A stretch of 64,000 bases of DNA from Thermoanaerobaculia bacterium (GCA_027061805.1 JAMOWA010000040.1:50974-114973), one strand, 5' to 3'. Positions 17,697 to 26,271 are shown, numbered from the stretch's first letter. A program made the numbers and translations. The notes: generated from the letters alone by a model not told the origin.

Positions 17697-19084
17697 TGGC
17701 TCTGCTCTGTGGCAACAGACTTCTCATCGTGGAGGACGAGCCCCTTCTGCGCATCACGATGGCGGACGCCCTGAGGAAGGAGGGGTGGGCGGTGGACGTG
17801 GCGGAGGACGGCGTCAAGGGCAACGCGCTCTTCGAGCGCTCGTTGCACGATGTGGTCCTCACCGACCTGGTGATGCCCCGGATGGACGGCATGGCGCTGC
17901 TCAAGAGGATCAAGGCGCTGCAGCCCGACACCACCGTGGTGATCATCACCGCCCACGGCTCCGTGGATCGTGCGGTGGAGGCCATGAGGGAGGGTGCGGC
18001 GGACTTCATCTCGAAACCGTTCTCCATGGCCCAGCTCCTGGTCCGTCTCAACAACGTGTGCTCGGTCCGGATGCTCAGGGAGCAGAACGTCCGCCTCCAG
18101 GAGCAGCTGGAGGAGCGGTTCTCCTTCTCCAACATCATCGGCAAGAGCAAGAAGATGTTCGAGGTCTTCGAGCTCATCAAGGTGGTGGCCGATTCCGAGG
18201 CCAGCGTCCTGGTCCTGGGGGAGAGTGGTACCGGCAAGGAGCTGGTGGCCTCGGCCATCCACTACAACTCACCCCGGAGGACCAAGCCGTACATCCGGGT
18301 GAGCTGTGCGTCGCTGCCCGAGTCGCTCATCGAGTCGGAGCTCTTCGGGTACGAGCGCGGGGCGTTCACGGGAGCCAGCGAGCGGCGCATCGGGCGGTTC
18401 GAGGCCGCCAGCGGCGGGACCCTCTTCCTGGACGAGATCGGTGAGCTCCCCCTCTCCTTCCAGGTCAAGCTGCTCCGGGTCCTCCAGGAGCGCCAGATCG
18501 AGCGCCTGGGTTCCAACCGTCCCATCGACATCGACGTCCGGTTCGTCGCGGCGTCGTTGCGGCCCCTGGAGGAGGAGATCGCCGAGAGCCGTTTCCGTGA
18601 GGACCTCTACTTCAGGATCAACACCGTGACCATCCAGCTCCCGCCCCTCCGCGAGCGGCGGGAGGACATCCCACTGATGGCGCAGTCGTTTCTCCAGGAG
18701 TTCGCCCAGGAGAGGGGCAAGGAGCTGGAGGGGTTCTCCGACGAGGTGCTCGAACGATTCGACAGTTACTCCTGGCCCGGGAACGTGCGGGAGCTGCGCA
18801 ACGTGGTGGAACGGGCGGTGCTCTTCTCACGGGGACCGCTGGTGACGGCGGAGGCCCTCCCCGAGAACCTGATGGCCTCCGCAGGTCCCGTGGTCCGGGA
18901 GGCCGAGCCCGTCCGGAAGGTGGTGAAGCTCCAGGAGGCGGTGGAGAGGGCGGAGGTGGAGGCGATCCGCGCGGCCCTCTCGGCCACCGGTGGACGCCGG
19001 TCCGACGCTGCCGATCTCCTGGGGATCAGCCGGAAGACCCTGTGGGAGAAGATGCGGAACTACGGGATCCAGCACGATGGGTAG
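17696..19084 (+). CDS. NtrC-family sigma-54-dependent response regulator (REC + AAA+ + Fis-type HTH)
   Basis: REC domain with [13 protein letters not shown], Walker A GESGTGKE, intact [15 protein letters not shown], and C-terminal [24 protein letters not shown]. The ATG overlaps the kinase stop. Confidence 0.9.
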   Translation: MALLCGNRLLIVEDEPLLRITMADALRKEGWAVDVAEDGVKGNALFERSLHDVVLTDLVMPRMDGMALLKRIKALQPDTTVVIITAHGSVDRAVEAMREGAADFISKPFSMAQLLVRLNNVCSVRMLREQNVRLQEQLEERFSFSNIIGKSKKMFEVFELIKVVADSEASVLVLGESGTGKELVASAIHYNSPRRTKPYIRVSCASLPESLIESELFGYERGAFTGASERRIGRFEAASGGTLFLDEIGELPLSFQVKLLRVLQERQIERLGSNRPIDIDVRFVAASLRPLEEEIAESRFREDLYFRINTVTIQLPPLRERREDIPLMAQSFLQEFAQERGKELEGFSDEVLERFDSYSWPGNVRELRNVVERAVLFSRGPLVTAEALPENLMASAGPVVREAEPVRKVVKLQEAVERAEVEAIRAALSATGGRRSDAADLLGISRKTLWEKMRNYGIQHDG

Positions 19085-19204
19085 GTCTGCCGGACATCGT
19101 TCTCCGGGGCTCTCGCCGTGGGTGGGAATCGTGATCTGGAAAGGCGCCGGGGCAGGCCCATCGTTACCGGGAGGGTACGTGGGGACCTCCGTTGGCATGA
19201 CGCC

Positions 19205-19222
19205 CGTTACACGGGTGTTACG
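19205..19222 (+). promoter_or_regulatory. UAS-like site CGTTAC-N6-GTTACG
   Basis: Centred 95 bp upstream of the -24 GG at 19308-19309. A weaker CGTTAC-N6-GGTACG site at 19162-19179 lies 43 bp further upstream. Confidence 0.45.
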
Positions 19223-19306
19223 AGCTGTACGGGGAGGCGGTGACGGTGGAACCTCCAATTGCCTGTCCTCTCAACAGGATGCACGTGACGACGTCTTCCC
19301 GTGTTC

Positions 19307-19322
19307 TGGCACACACCTTGCT
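19307..19322 (+). promoter_or_regulatory. Sigma-54 (-24/-12) promoter
   Basis: TGGCAC-ACACC-TTGCT is a perfect core consensus, 223 bp downstream of the NtrC-type gene stop. Confidence 0.75.
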
Positions 19323-19332
19323 TTTCCCGGTG

Positions 19333-19565
19333 TCGAGAGCGGACACGAGCCACCGTCCCCCCGGGGGATGGCGAGGCTCCAGGGAGGTGCAGGGGTCCGG
19401 AGTTGTCCGGGTTACGAGGGCCGGAACAACGATGGGCCGGGAATCAACGACGAACCAACCCCCCCCGGCGGGCACCGGGGTGACCTGGTGCCCGCCATAT
19501 CCCACTCCTCTCCCGATCCTCCCACAGGGGAGAACGCCGCGCTCCGTGCGCGGCGTCCTTTTGTG
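19333..19565 (+). ncRNA. Candidate sigma-54-dependent structured sRNA, or attenuating 5' leader of the 19649 gene
   Basis: Bounded by the sigma-54 promoter and an intrinsic terminator. It contains a perfect 10-bp stem GGCGGGCACC/GGTGCCCGCC (19467-19496). A CU-rich single-stranded stretch CCCACUCCUCUCCCGAUCCUCCCA (19501-19524) holds anti-SD-like CCUCC. No convincing RBS-preceded ORF. Confidence 0.45.
19534..19565 (+). terminator. Rho-independent terminator
   Basis: ACGCCGCGC-tccgt-GCGCGGCGT is a 9-bp GC stem followed by CCTTTTGTG. Confidence 0.65.
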
Positions 19566-19648
19566 CGTGGTCCCGGGATGGATGGGAGGAGGGCATGGTT
19601 CCGGTCGAGCGTGACGGGACGAGCGGGAGAGCTCGGGGGAGGACGATC

Positions 19649-20251
19649 ATGAGAGCAACGTTCCGGAGAGTGAGCCTGGTGGTGGTGATGATGGTGGCCG
19701 GCATGGCCGGAGCGGGACAGCCCGCGCCGCGAGAGACCGGCACGGTGACGCGGGAGGCCGTGCGGGAGCGGCTGGCCGACATCCTGGCGGGAGAGGATTA
19801 CGACAGGGTGGAGTTCGCCGTCAGCACCTTCGACCAGGCCATGGAATGGATCTACCTGGCCGTGGATACCTACCTGGACAGCGCCATCCCGAAGCTCGGT
19901 GGCCCGGGTCCGGCCGGGGAGTACGGTGCCGAGATCCTGGGTGGCCTCGAGGACCACAAGGTCCGGTGGGCGGATGACAACGGCCTGGACCTGGTTGGAG
20001 AACGGACGCTCCTGGTGAGCTCACCGGAGGAGGCCCGTCAGCTGGGGGAGCTCCTGCTCCGGACCGCCCTCCTGATCCGCGAGGCCGGGGTGGGGCACGG
20101 CGTGGCCATCCGGAGCGCGGCCCGCAAGGTCTTCGAGACCATGCTGCCGGTGGAGGGCACGGGGCAGTCCCTGGTGACCCAGTACGTGGTCAGGTTGCGG
20201 ATGATGACGGAGTCCGACAGGAAGGCCCTCCTCGAGCTGCTCCGGGACTGA
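19649..20251 (+). CDS. Hypothetical secreted protein
   Basis: ATG 19649 follows GGGGGAGGA. Signal peptide MRATFRRVSLVVVMMVAGMAGAG. No family recognised. Confidence 0.6.
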   Translation: MRATFRRVSLVVVMMVAGMAGAGQPAPRETGTVTREAVRERLADILAGEDYDRVEFAVSTFDQAMEWIYLAVDTYLDSAIPKLGGPGPAGEYGAEILGGLEDHKVRWADDNGLDLVGERTLLVSSPEEARQLGELLLRTALLIREAGVGHGVAIRSAARKVFETMLPVEGTGQSLVTQYVVRLRMMTESDRKALLELLRD

Positions 20252-20393
20252 GGTCCGGCGGGGACGCCGTTCCGCCCTTCTCTCTGGAAGGCGGTCACGG
20301 ATCCTGCGGGTCGCCGTGGGAGGTCGCGACGCTGGCCGGGAGGGCGGGGAGATACCGCCGGAACGTTCCGGCCTCGCCTGGTGCGGGGATGGA

Positions 20394-21191
20394 TCAGTGC
20401 CCGCGCCCGCCGTCCTCCCGGTACCAGCTGATGCCGTTGTCCCAGACGATGATGCTCCCCCCGTCCTTGAGGCGTCCCTTGCAACAGCCAGGGCCGAAGC
20501 CCCCGATGAGGGTGTCCGGTCCGATGATGCGCCCGGAGACCCTGCGGTCCGGGAGCACGAAGGTGAGCATCCTGCCATCCTGGATGATCTCCAGGGGGCC
20601 GTCCGGGGTGGACCAGACGCCGCCCACAGCGGGTCCGCCTCCGGGTGGGAGCGGTGCCGGTGATGCCGCGGCGGGTTCCTGTGGTGCGGGGCCTGGGGGT
20701 GGTGCCGTGGCCGGCACGCCGGACTCGGGAGAGGTGGTGACGGATGGCGGCAGTGTCACTGGCGGTCTTTCCCAGGCGGTCGGAGTGGGTGAGGGCGGCC
20801 GGTGGTCCGCCGGCTGCGGCGTCGCGAACCATGGCACGGGAAGGCCCCGGCCCGGGATGGTGGCGCTCCCGGCCATGGGTGCGGCGTCCGCGCCGGGCGG
20901 AACGGTGGTCCCGACCCAGCCCTCCCAGATTTCCTGACCCTTCCCGGAGCCCCGGAGTAGCACGATGCGTCGCCCCGTCAGTGTCCCCGTGACAGGTGCG
21001 CCGAGGAGCGTTCCCTCCAGCCGGCCGCCAGGAGCCGCCACGAGGTGGAGCAGGCCCGAAGTGCCGTCGAGGTTCACGTTCCAGGTGTGACCGGCGGTCC
21101 TGCCGGGCGGCACGTCGTCGGCGGCCGTCAGTCCCGCGATGGCCAGCAGTGTGAGGAGAACCAGAACTGTGCGACGTCCCGAGATGACCAT
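20394..21191 (-). CDS. Hypothetical secreted protein with Pro-rich linker
   Basis: Start reset to ATG 21191 (MVISGRRTVLVLLTLLAIAGLTA signal peptide). A central P/T/A-rich linker separates two small globular regions. No family recognised. Confidence 0.6.
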   Translation of the reverse strand: MVISGRRTVLVLLTLLAIAGLTAADDVPPGRTAGHTWNVNLDGTSGLLHLVAAPGGRLEGTLLGAPVTGTLTGRRIVLLRGSGKGQEIWEGWVGTTVPPGADAAPMAGSATIPGRGLPVPWFATPQPADHRPPSPTPTAWERPPVTLPPSVTTSPESGVPATAPPPGPAPQEPAAASPAPLPPGGGPAVGGVWSTPDGPLEIIQDGRMLTFVLPDRRVSGRIIGPDTLIGGFGPGCCKGRLKDGGSIIVWDNGISWYREDGGRGH

Positions 21192-21296
21192 GTCAGCCCC
21201 CTGGAGCAGTGTAGCCCGGATCGTCTGGAGGTGTGCGCCCTCAACGCAGGGACCCCGGCACGGGCCGGGGTCCCTGGCCACCAGATGATGGGAGAC

Positions 21297-22463
21297 TCAG
21301 AACTTGTACTGCCACTGGATGATCCAGCCGTCATCCTTGTAGCCGCCCTTTCCGGTCCAGCTTGTGGTGTCTCCGCTGGCGAGAATGTAGTTGAACACGA
21401 GCTTGTGCCGCTGGAAGTCGCGGGCCTTGTAGCGGAGCGGGACAAGGTACCAGTTGATACCGAGATAGGTATTGGAGAGATCAGAAGATCCCGCCGTCGG
21501 ACTGTCGGCGGACGAATGATAGTGCTTGACGACGGCCTCGACGTTCTGGCCGACCATGTAGCCGAACATCAGGGCGAAGGTCTTCTGATCCCAGTCCCTG
21601 ACACCGAGCAGATTGTGACCCGAGGTGTACTCGAGGGACCCTTCCCACATGGGATGGCTCGTGATGATGCCGGCGGACCAGACGCTGTAGTCCTCGGTGT
21701 TGGGTCCTCCGGCCTTCTGGGAGGTGCCATAGGCAATTTCCATGTGCAGCGGCCGGCCGTGGTCGTAGTGGAGGCGACCAACGTAGGCCAGCGCATCACC
21801 GATCACGGACTTGTTCCACTTCACGACCTTGGACCGACCGGCAGGATTGAAGATGCCGATGTCGTAGCCGAAACCGTAACCCCTGCGCTCACGGCCCATC
21901 TCCAGGCCGTTGCACTTCATCTTCTTGTCCTCCGGCTGGCCGATCAGGCGGCCGGAGAGCATGAGCCCGAAGTCGCGTTCGAGCGCCAGACCCTTGTCGA
22001 GGGAGTTGCGCTCGGCGATGTCCAGGTTCCAGCCCGGGTTCGTGAAGCTCATGTGCAACGGCGTCTTGATCATGCCGAGGCGGATGAACGCCGAGTTGGA
22101 GAACTTGTACGCCACGAAGGCGTCCTTGATCATCTTGGGGAGCCCGGCGTCGTCCTTCGTGTGGGACTGGTTGAAGTCCAGGAAGAGCTTGCCCGCGAGG
22201 GGGCCATGGAAATAGTTGAACCCAACACGGACTCGCTGAGCCTTGAAGAAGATGCCGCCTCCGGAGGACTGACCGTCTCCGCCTCGCAGCTCGAATTGCG
22301 AGAATCCGTAGATCTTGACCTTGATCTCCTTGTCACCCACCTTGTCCTTGAGTGTGATCTTGGCGTGGGCCGGGCCGGTGACCACCAGGGTCATGGCGAA
22401 TGCCAGGACCATCACCAGGCTCAGGACCACCCGCGGAGTTCCGCTTCCCCCTTTTCGATGCAT
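21297..22463 (-). CDS. Outer-membrane beta-barrel porin (phosphate-selective porin O/P-like)
   Basis: Start at ATG 22463 after GAGGAGG. Signal peptide ends VTGPAHA. Alternating amphipathic strands, aromatic girdle residues and terminal ...IIQWQYKF (C-terminal Phe). Confidence 0.75.
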   Translation of the reverse strand: MHRKGGSGTPRVVLSLVMVLAFAMTLVVTGPAHAKITLKDKVGDKEIKVKIYGFSQFELRGGDGQSSGGGIFFKAQRVRVGFNYFHGPLAGKLFLDFNQSHTKDDAGLPKMIKDAFVAYKFSNSAFIRLGMIKTPLHMSFTNPGWNLDIAERNSLDKGLALERDFGLMLSGRLIGQPEDKKMKCNGLEMGRERRGYGFGYDIGIFNPAGRSKVVKWNKSVIGDALAYVGRLHYDHGRPLHMEIAYGTSQKAGGPNTEDYSVWSAGIITSHPMWEGSLEYTSGHNLLGVRDWDQKTFALMFGYMVGQNVEAVVKHYHSSADSPTAGSSDLSNTYLGINWYLVPLRYKARDFQRHKLVFNYILASGDTTSWTGKGGYKDDGWIIQWQYKF

Positions 22464-22543
22464 CGTGACCTCCTCGTTCGGTTTTTCGGGAGCCCGGCCC
22501 CGGCCTCGCCGGGGGAAGGCATCCCGTGTCACGTGAGGGGAGA

Positions 22544-22558
22544 GCAAGCTCTGTGCCA
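22544..22558 (-). promoter_or_regulatory. Sigma-54 (-24/-12) promoter of the porin operon
   Basis: The minus strand reads TGGCAC-AGAGC-TTGC-T, a perfect core consensus. It lies about 70 nt upstream of ATG 22463. Confidence 0.75.
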
Positions 22559-22560
22559 GA

Positions 22561-22576
22561 TGTGAGAGATTTCACA
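22561..22576. promoter_or_regulatory. Perfect CRP/FNR-type box TGTGA-N6-TCACA
   Basis: Reads tgtga gagatt tcaca and starts 3 nt upstream of the -24 element of the porin promoter. Confidence 0.5.
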
Positions 22577-22642
22577 ATACGGCAACTATTTGTTTGACAG
22601 TGACTTGTGATTCAAAGTTCCCATGGGGAGCGACGCGGAGGA

Positions 22643-22660
22643 GATTACCGTTCCGTAACA
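22643..22660 (-). promoter_or_regulatory. UAS-like site (minus strand TGTTAC-N6-GTAATC)
   Basis: Plus strand reads gattac cgttcc gtaaca. Centred 95 bp upstream of the -24 GG (22556-22557). A weaker TGTAGA-N6-GTAACG site at 22685-22702 lies 42 bp further upstream. Confidence 0.5.
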
Positions 22661-23023
22661 GCGCTGAGCGGGAGTCTCACGAAATGTAGAGCCGCCGTAA
22701 CGCCATGGTCCGGGCGGGAGGGGGGACGCGGAGGCGCCCCCGTTGCCGTGGGCGGCCCGGTGTCGCCCGGAGGTGTCGGCTCATGGGAACGGCCATGGGT
22801 GACAGGCCGGTGGTCACGGCTCCCGGGGGTGACTGCCGGACCGCTGTGGTGATGTCGGGTGTGGACACCTCCACCCTGGCGCTGGCGGTCCTTCCAGTGC
22901 TCCACCACCGGTTCAACCGGGGTCCCTCCGGAGACGGAGCGCAGGCATGCTCCGTGTCTTCGGGCGAGAGTCGATCCCCGGGGTCGACCCTGTCGCCGCG
23001 GTCCGGGAGGTTCCCTGGAGGCT

Positions 23024-24883
23024 TCAGGGGGCCGATGAGCCCGGTACCGCCGTGGTGGGGTCCCCTTCCTCGCGGGAATCCCGCGCGTGGAGGATCACCG
23101 TCTGGTTCTTGCCATGCGCCTTGGCGGCGTAGAGGGCCCGGTCCGCGAGCCGCAGCCACGTCTCCACATCGCCGCCAATTCCCTCGACGATGCCGATGGA
23201 GGCGGTCAGCGAGATCCTGGTGCCGTCCAGTGCCAGCCCGATTCCCGTGACGGCTTCCCGGATGCGGTCGGCCAGGGCGCAACCCACCGAGGCGGGGCTG
23301 TCGGGAAAGAGCAGGAGGATCTCGTCCCCCCCCAGCCGGGCCGCATAATCCTTGGTGCGGATCACCGATTCGATCTCCTGGGCCAGCGCCATGAGCACCC
23401 TGTCCCCGGTCTCGTGGCCGTGGCGGTCATTGATGAGCTTGAAGTCGTCCACATCGGCCAGGGCCAGTACAAAGGGCCTGTTGTGTGTGATGGAATCCCG
23501 GATCTCCCTCTCGAGGCGTTCCACGGCGTCACGCCGGTTGGCGAGCCCGGTGAGGTCGTCGGTTCTCGAGAGCCGTTCCACCTGGCAGTAGGCCTCCTCC
23601 AGCTCGCGGTTCTTCCGCCTCACCTCCAGCGCCGCGCGGGTGCGGACCCGGACGAGGAGCGCGAGGCCCAGGACGAGGACCGCGGCGAGCAGAAGCGCCA
23701 CCTGCAGGAAGCGGTTGGCCATTCGCTGGCTCGCCTCCTTCTCACGAAGAAGTGCCAGTTCTCGTTCCCTGGCATTGGCATCGTAGGCAATGCGGAGACG
23801 GGAGATGTTGGAGACCTTCGTGGCATCGAGCAACGTACTCTGGAGCTTCTCCCGGGCCCGGAGGTGGGCGTTCGCCTCCCGGTGGCGCCCGAGGGCTTCC
23901 AGTACCGAGGCGAGATCGGCGTGGAGCTCTCCCCGTGTGTGGGTATCCGAGAGCTCCTTGGCAAGGGTGAGAGCCTTCCTGTAGGATTCCAGGGCCGCCT
24001 CCATGTTGCCCCGTGCCTTCTCGAGGTCCCCGAGCTCCACCAGGTTGTGGAGCATGCCCCGTTTTCTTCCGATCTTCCGGCAGATCTCCCGGGATCTCTC
24101 GATGGCCCTTGCCGCCTCGGTGTAACGGCCCAGCTCGGTCCAGGTGGACGCCAGGTTCGTCAGGGCCATGGAGAGCAGGGCGTCGTTACCGATCCCCCGG
24201 GCCAGGTCGCGGGCCTTCCCGTACTCCTCGAGCGCCTCCCCGAACCGTTCCCGGTCAAAGAGAAGGTTCCCGATATTGAGCGTCACGCCGGCCAGTCCGA
24301 GATCGTACCCTTCCCTGCCATAGATGGAGGCAGCCTCCCGAAACTCGGCGAGTGCCTGGTCCAGGACCCCGGTCCTCTGGAGCACGTTGCCCGTCATCAC
24401 GTGGAGGTGTCCCACGGCGAGGCGCTGGGTCCTGTCAGGATCGGTGATGCGTCCGAGCTGCTCCCGGGCCTTCAGGAAGGCCTCCATGGCCAGCTCGTAG
24501 CTGCCGAGCCGGTAGTCCACGTCACCGATCCGTCGCCAGGAACGGCTCAGGCCCCAGGGGTTGTCCGCCATCTCGAAGAGCCGACGGGCCGTGTGGAACT
24601 CGTCCAGGGCCTCGCGAAGCTTTTCCTCCTCCAGGAGGACGCTTCCCAGTGCGTGGTGGGCCTCGGCCTCCGGGACGGTGGCCCCGAGCCGCCGTGCCCT
24701 GGCGATGGCCTCCCCGGCCGCACGCTTCCGGACCGCCGTGTCACGCCCGCCGTCAATGGCGGCGTCCAGCAGGACCTGAAGCCTCTCCGAGGATGGCCGT
24801 GGCGCCGAAGGCGGGTCTGCCCGCACGTTCCCGGCGAGGACCAGGAGGCAGAGTGGCGCAAGGATCCGGACGGCCTGTCCCAT
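23024..24883 (-). CDS. Periplasmic TPR-sensor diguanylate cyclase (signal peptide, TPR array, 1 TM, coiled coil, GGDEF domain)
   Basis: Long TPR-like region, TM FLQVALLLAAVLVLGLALLV, then DDLTGLANRR..DVDDFKLINDRHGH..IRTKDYAARLGGDEILLLF. This gives an RxxD I-site 5 residues before a GGDEI variant motif. Confidence 0.85.
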   Translation of the reverse strand: MGQAVRILAPLCLLVLAGNVRADPPSAPRPSSERLQVLLDAAIDGGRDTAVRKRAAGEAIARARRLGATVPEAEAHHALGSVLLEEEKLREALDEFHTARRLFEMADNPWGLSRSWRRIGDVDYRLGSYELAMEAFLKAREQLGRITDPDRTQRLAVGHLHVMTGNVLQRTGVLDQALAEFREAASIYGREGYDLGLAGVTLNIGNLLFDRERFGEALEEYGKARDLARGIGNDALLSMALTNLASTWTELGRYTEAARAIERSREICRKIGRKRGMLHNLVELGDLEKARGNMEAALESYRKALTLAKELSDTHTRGELHADLASVLEALGRHREANAHLRAREKLQSTLLDATKVSNISRLRIAYDANARERELALLREKEASQRMANRFLQVALLLAAVLVLGLALLVRVRTRAALEVRRKNRELEEAYCQVERLSRTDDLTGLANRRDAVERLEREIRDSITHNRPFVLALADVDDFKLINDRHGHETGDRVLMALAQEIESVIRTKDYAARLGGDEILLLFPDSPASVGCALADRIREAVTGIGLALDGTRISLTASIGIVEGIGGDVETWLRLADRALYAAKAHGKNQTVILHARDSREEGDPTTAVPGSSAP

Positions 24884-25083
24884 GAGCCTGCAGTATACCG
24901 CCCGTGAGGACGGCTGGCGAACCGGTACGGGGGATGGGGAGCTCCCGGAGTGGTTCGCGGTTCATGCCGCGAGGAACAGGAGATCCACCTCGGGGCCCGG
25001 GACGCACCGCTCCGGCTCCCGGAGAGTCCGGTCCCTGGCCGTCGCACCGGGCGTCCGGGCCGACGGCCGCCGCAGGCTCCTCC

Positions 25084-26271
25084 TCACTCCACCACCGGCG
25101 TGGGAGGGATCTCCGGAACCAGCTCCCGGTAGAGCTCCTCGCGTTCGGCCATCTCGCCGGCTCTTCGCCGGTTCCTGATGTACCACGACGTGAAGGACGA
25201 GCTCTTCACACCACGGACGATGTTCTCCAGGTCCCTGTACATCTGTGGGTCGTTGATGAAGGCGCCGGCGGTGCCCTCCCCCCGGTCGAGCTTGTCCGCC
25301 ACGGATCGCAGGGCGTGGACCAGTCCCCGGAGGTCATCCAGGAAGCTGTCGGCGTACTCCCTGTCCCCGAGAAGGCGGGGGAGGGTCCCCTGGCCGGAGA
25401 CCAGCTCCCCGGCGGCGGCGGCCAGGGCCCGGGAGGCCTCGTGGAGCGACGCCAGCGTCTCCGCGACCAGGCGGGCACCCTCCGGGTCGCGGACCAGGGC
25501 CGACCAGGCCGTGTCCTCCCGCTGCATGTCCCGGGAGATCCCCTCGGTGACTTTCCGGATGGCCGCCGCCGTGGCGGCCATGTCGTCGAACAGCCGCCCG
25601 CCGAGCTCGTCGTCGGTCACCAGCCGGCCAAGAACACCCCTGCCGTCCTTGACTCCCCGGACGATGTCCCGGAGATCGCTGATGGTCGCCATGAGGTCCT
25701 CGCCACTGGTCCGTCCCCCCCCGGAGGGCGCCAGGAGCTGTCCCAGCAGCCCGTGCCCCTGCTCCGCGTTCTCCAGGATCACGCGGAGGCTCGAGGAGAT
25801 GGCCAGGAGGTTCTCCATGAGGTCCTCGCCGCCGGTCAGAAAGTGTTCCAGCTCGGCCGGGTTCTGCCCGGTGACCTCGGCGCCTTCCAGGACCCTCGGC
25901 CTGTCGGGCGAGCCGCCTGCCAGCTTGAGGTAACGATCCCCCAGGAGTCCGACGGTCTTGATGGAGGCCACCGTGTCCTCCCGGATACGGTCGGTGAACC
26001 GGGAGTCCACCTTGAAGTGGACGGTGATCCCGGTGGCGGTGGGGTCGGTGGGCAGCTCGATGCTCTCCACGTACCCCACCGTGACCCCGTTCAGCTCCAC
26101 GGGCGCACCCGGGCGCAGGCCGAGGACATCCCGGAACACCGTGTGGTATTTCGTGTGGCGGATGAAGAGCTGCTGTCGCTTGCCGATGATGAAGATGCCA
26201 GTGGCCACCACGATCAGCGCCACCAGGACCAGGATGCCGATCCTCAGATTCTGCCGGGTCTCATCACGCAT
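25084..26271 (-). CDS. mlaD: MCE/MlaD-family substrate-binding protein with long C-terminal helical extension
   Basis: Start reset to ATG 26271. N-terminal anchor LRIGILVLVALIVVATGIFII and MCE core GLRPGAPVELNGVTVGYVESI. Overlaps the mlaF stop. Confidence 0.8.
   Translation of the reverse strand: MRDETRQNLRIGILVLVALIVVATGIFIIGKRQQLFIRHTKYHTVFRDVLGLRPGAPVELNGVTVGYVESIELPTDPTATGITVHFKVDSRFTDRIREDTVASIKTVGLLGDRYLKLAGGSPDRPRVLEGAEVTGQNPAELEHFLTGGEDLMENLLAISSSLRVILENAEQGHGLLGQLLAPSGGGRTSGEDLMATISDLRDIVRGVKDGRGVLGRLVTDDELGGRLFDDMAATAAAIRKVTEGISRDMQREDTAWSALVRDPEGARLVAETLASLHEASRALAAAAGELVSGQGTLPRLLGDREYADSFLDDLRGLVHALRSVADKLDRGEGTAGAFINDPQMYRDLENIVRGVKSSSFTSWYIRNRRRAGEMAEREELYRELVPEIPPTPVVE

Noticed and set aside
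19240-19614. 124-aa and 60-aa ORFs (19240-19614, 19301-19483) inside the candidate sRNA region
   Set aside because: Their starts lie upstream of, or within, the sigma-54 promoter. They have no SD and are Pro/Gly/Arg-rich, and the longer ORF reads through a strong terminator hairpin.
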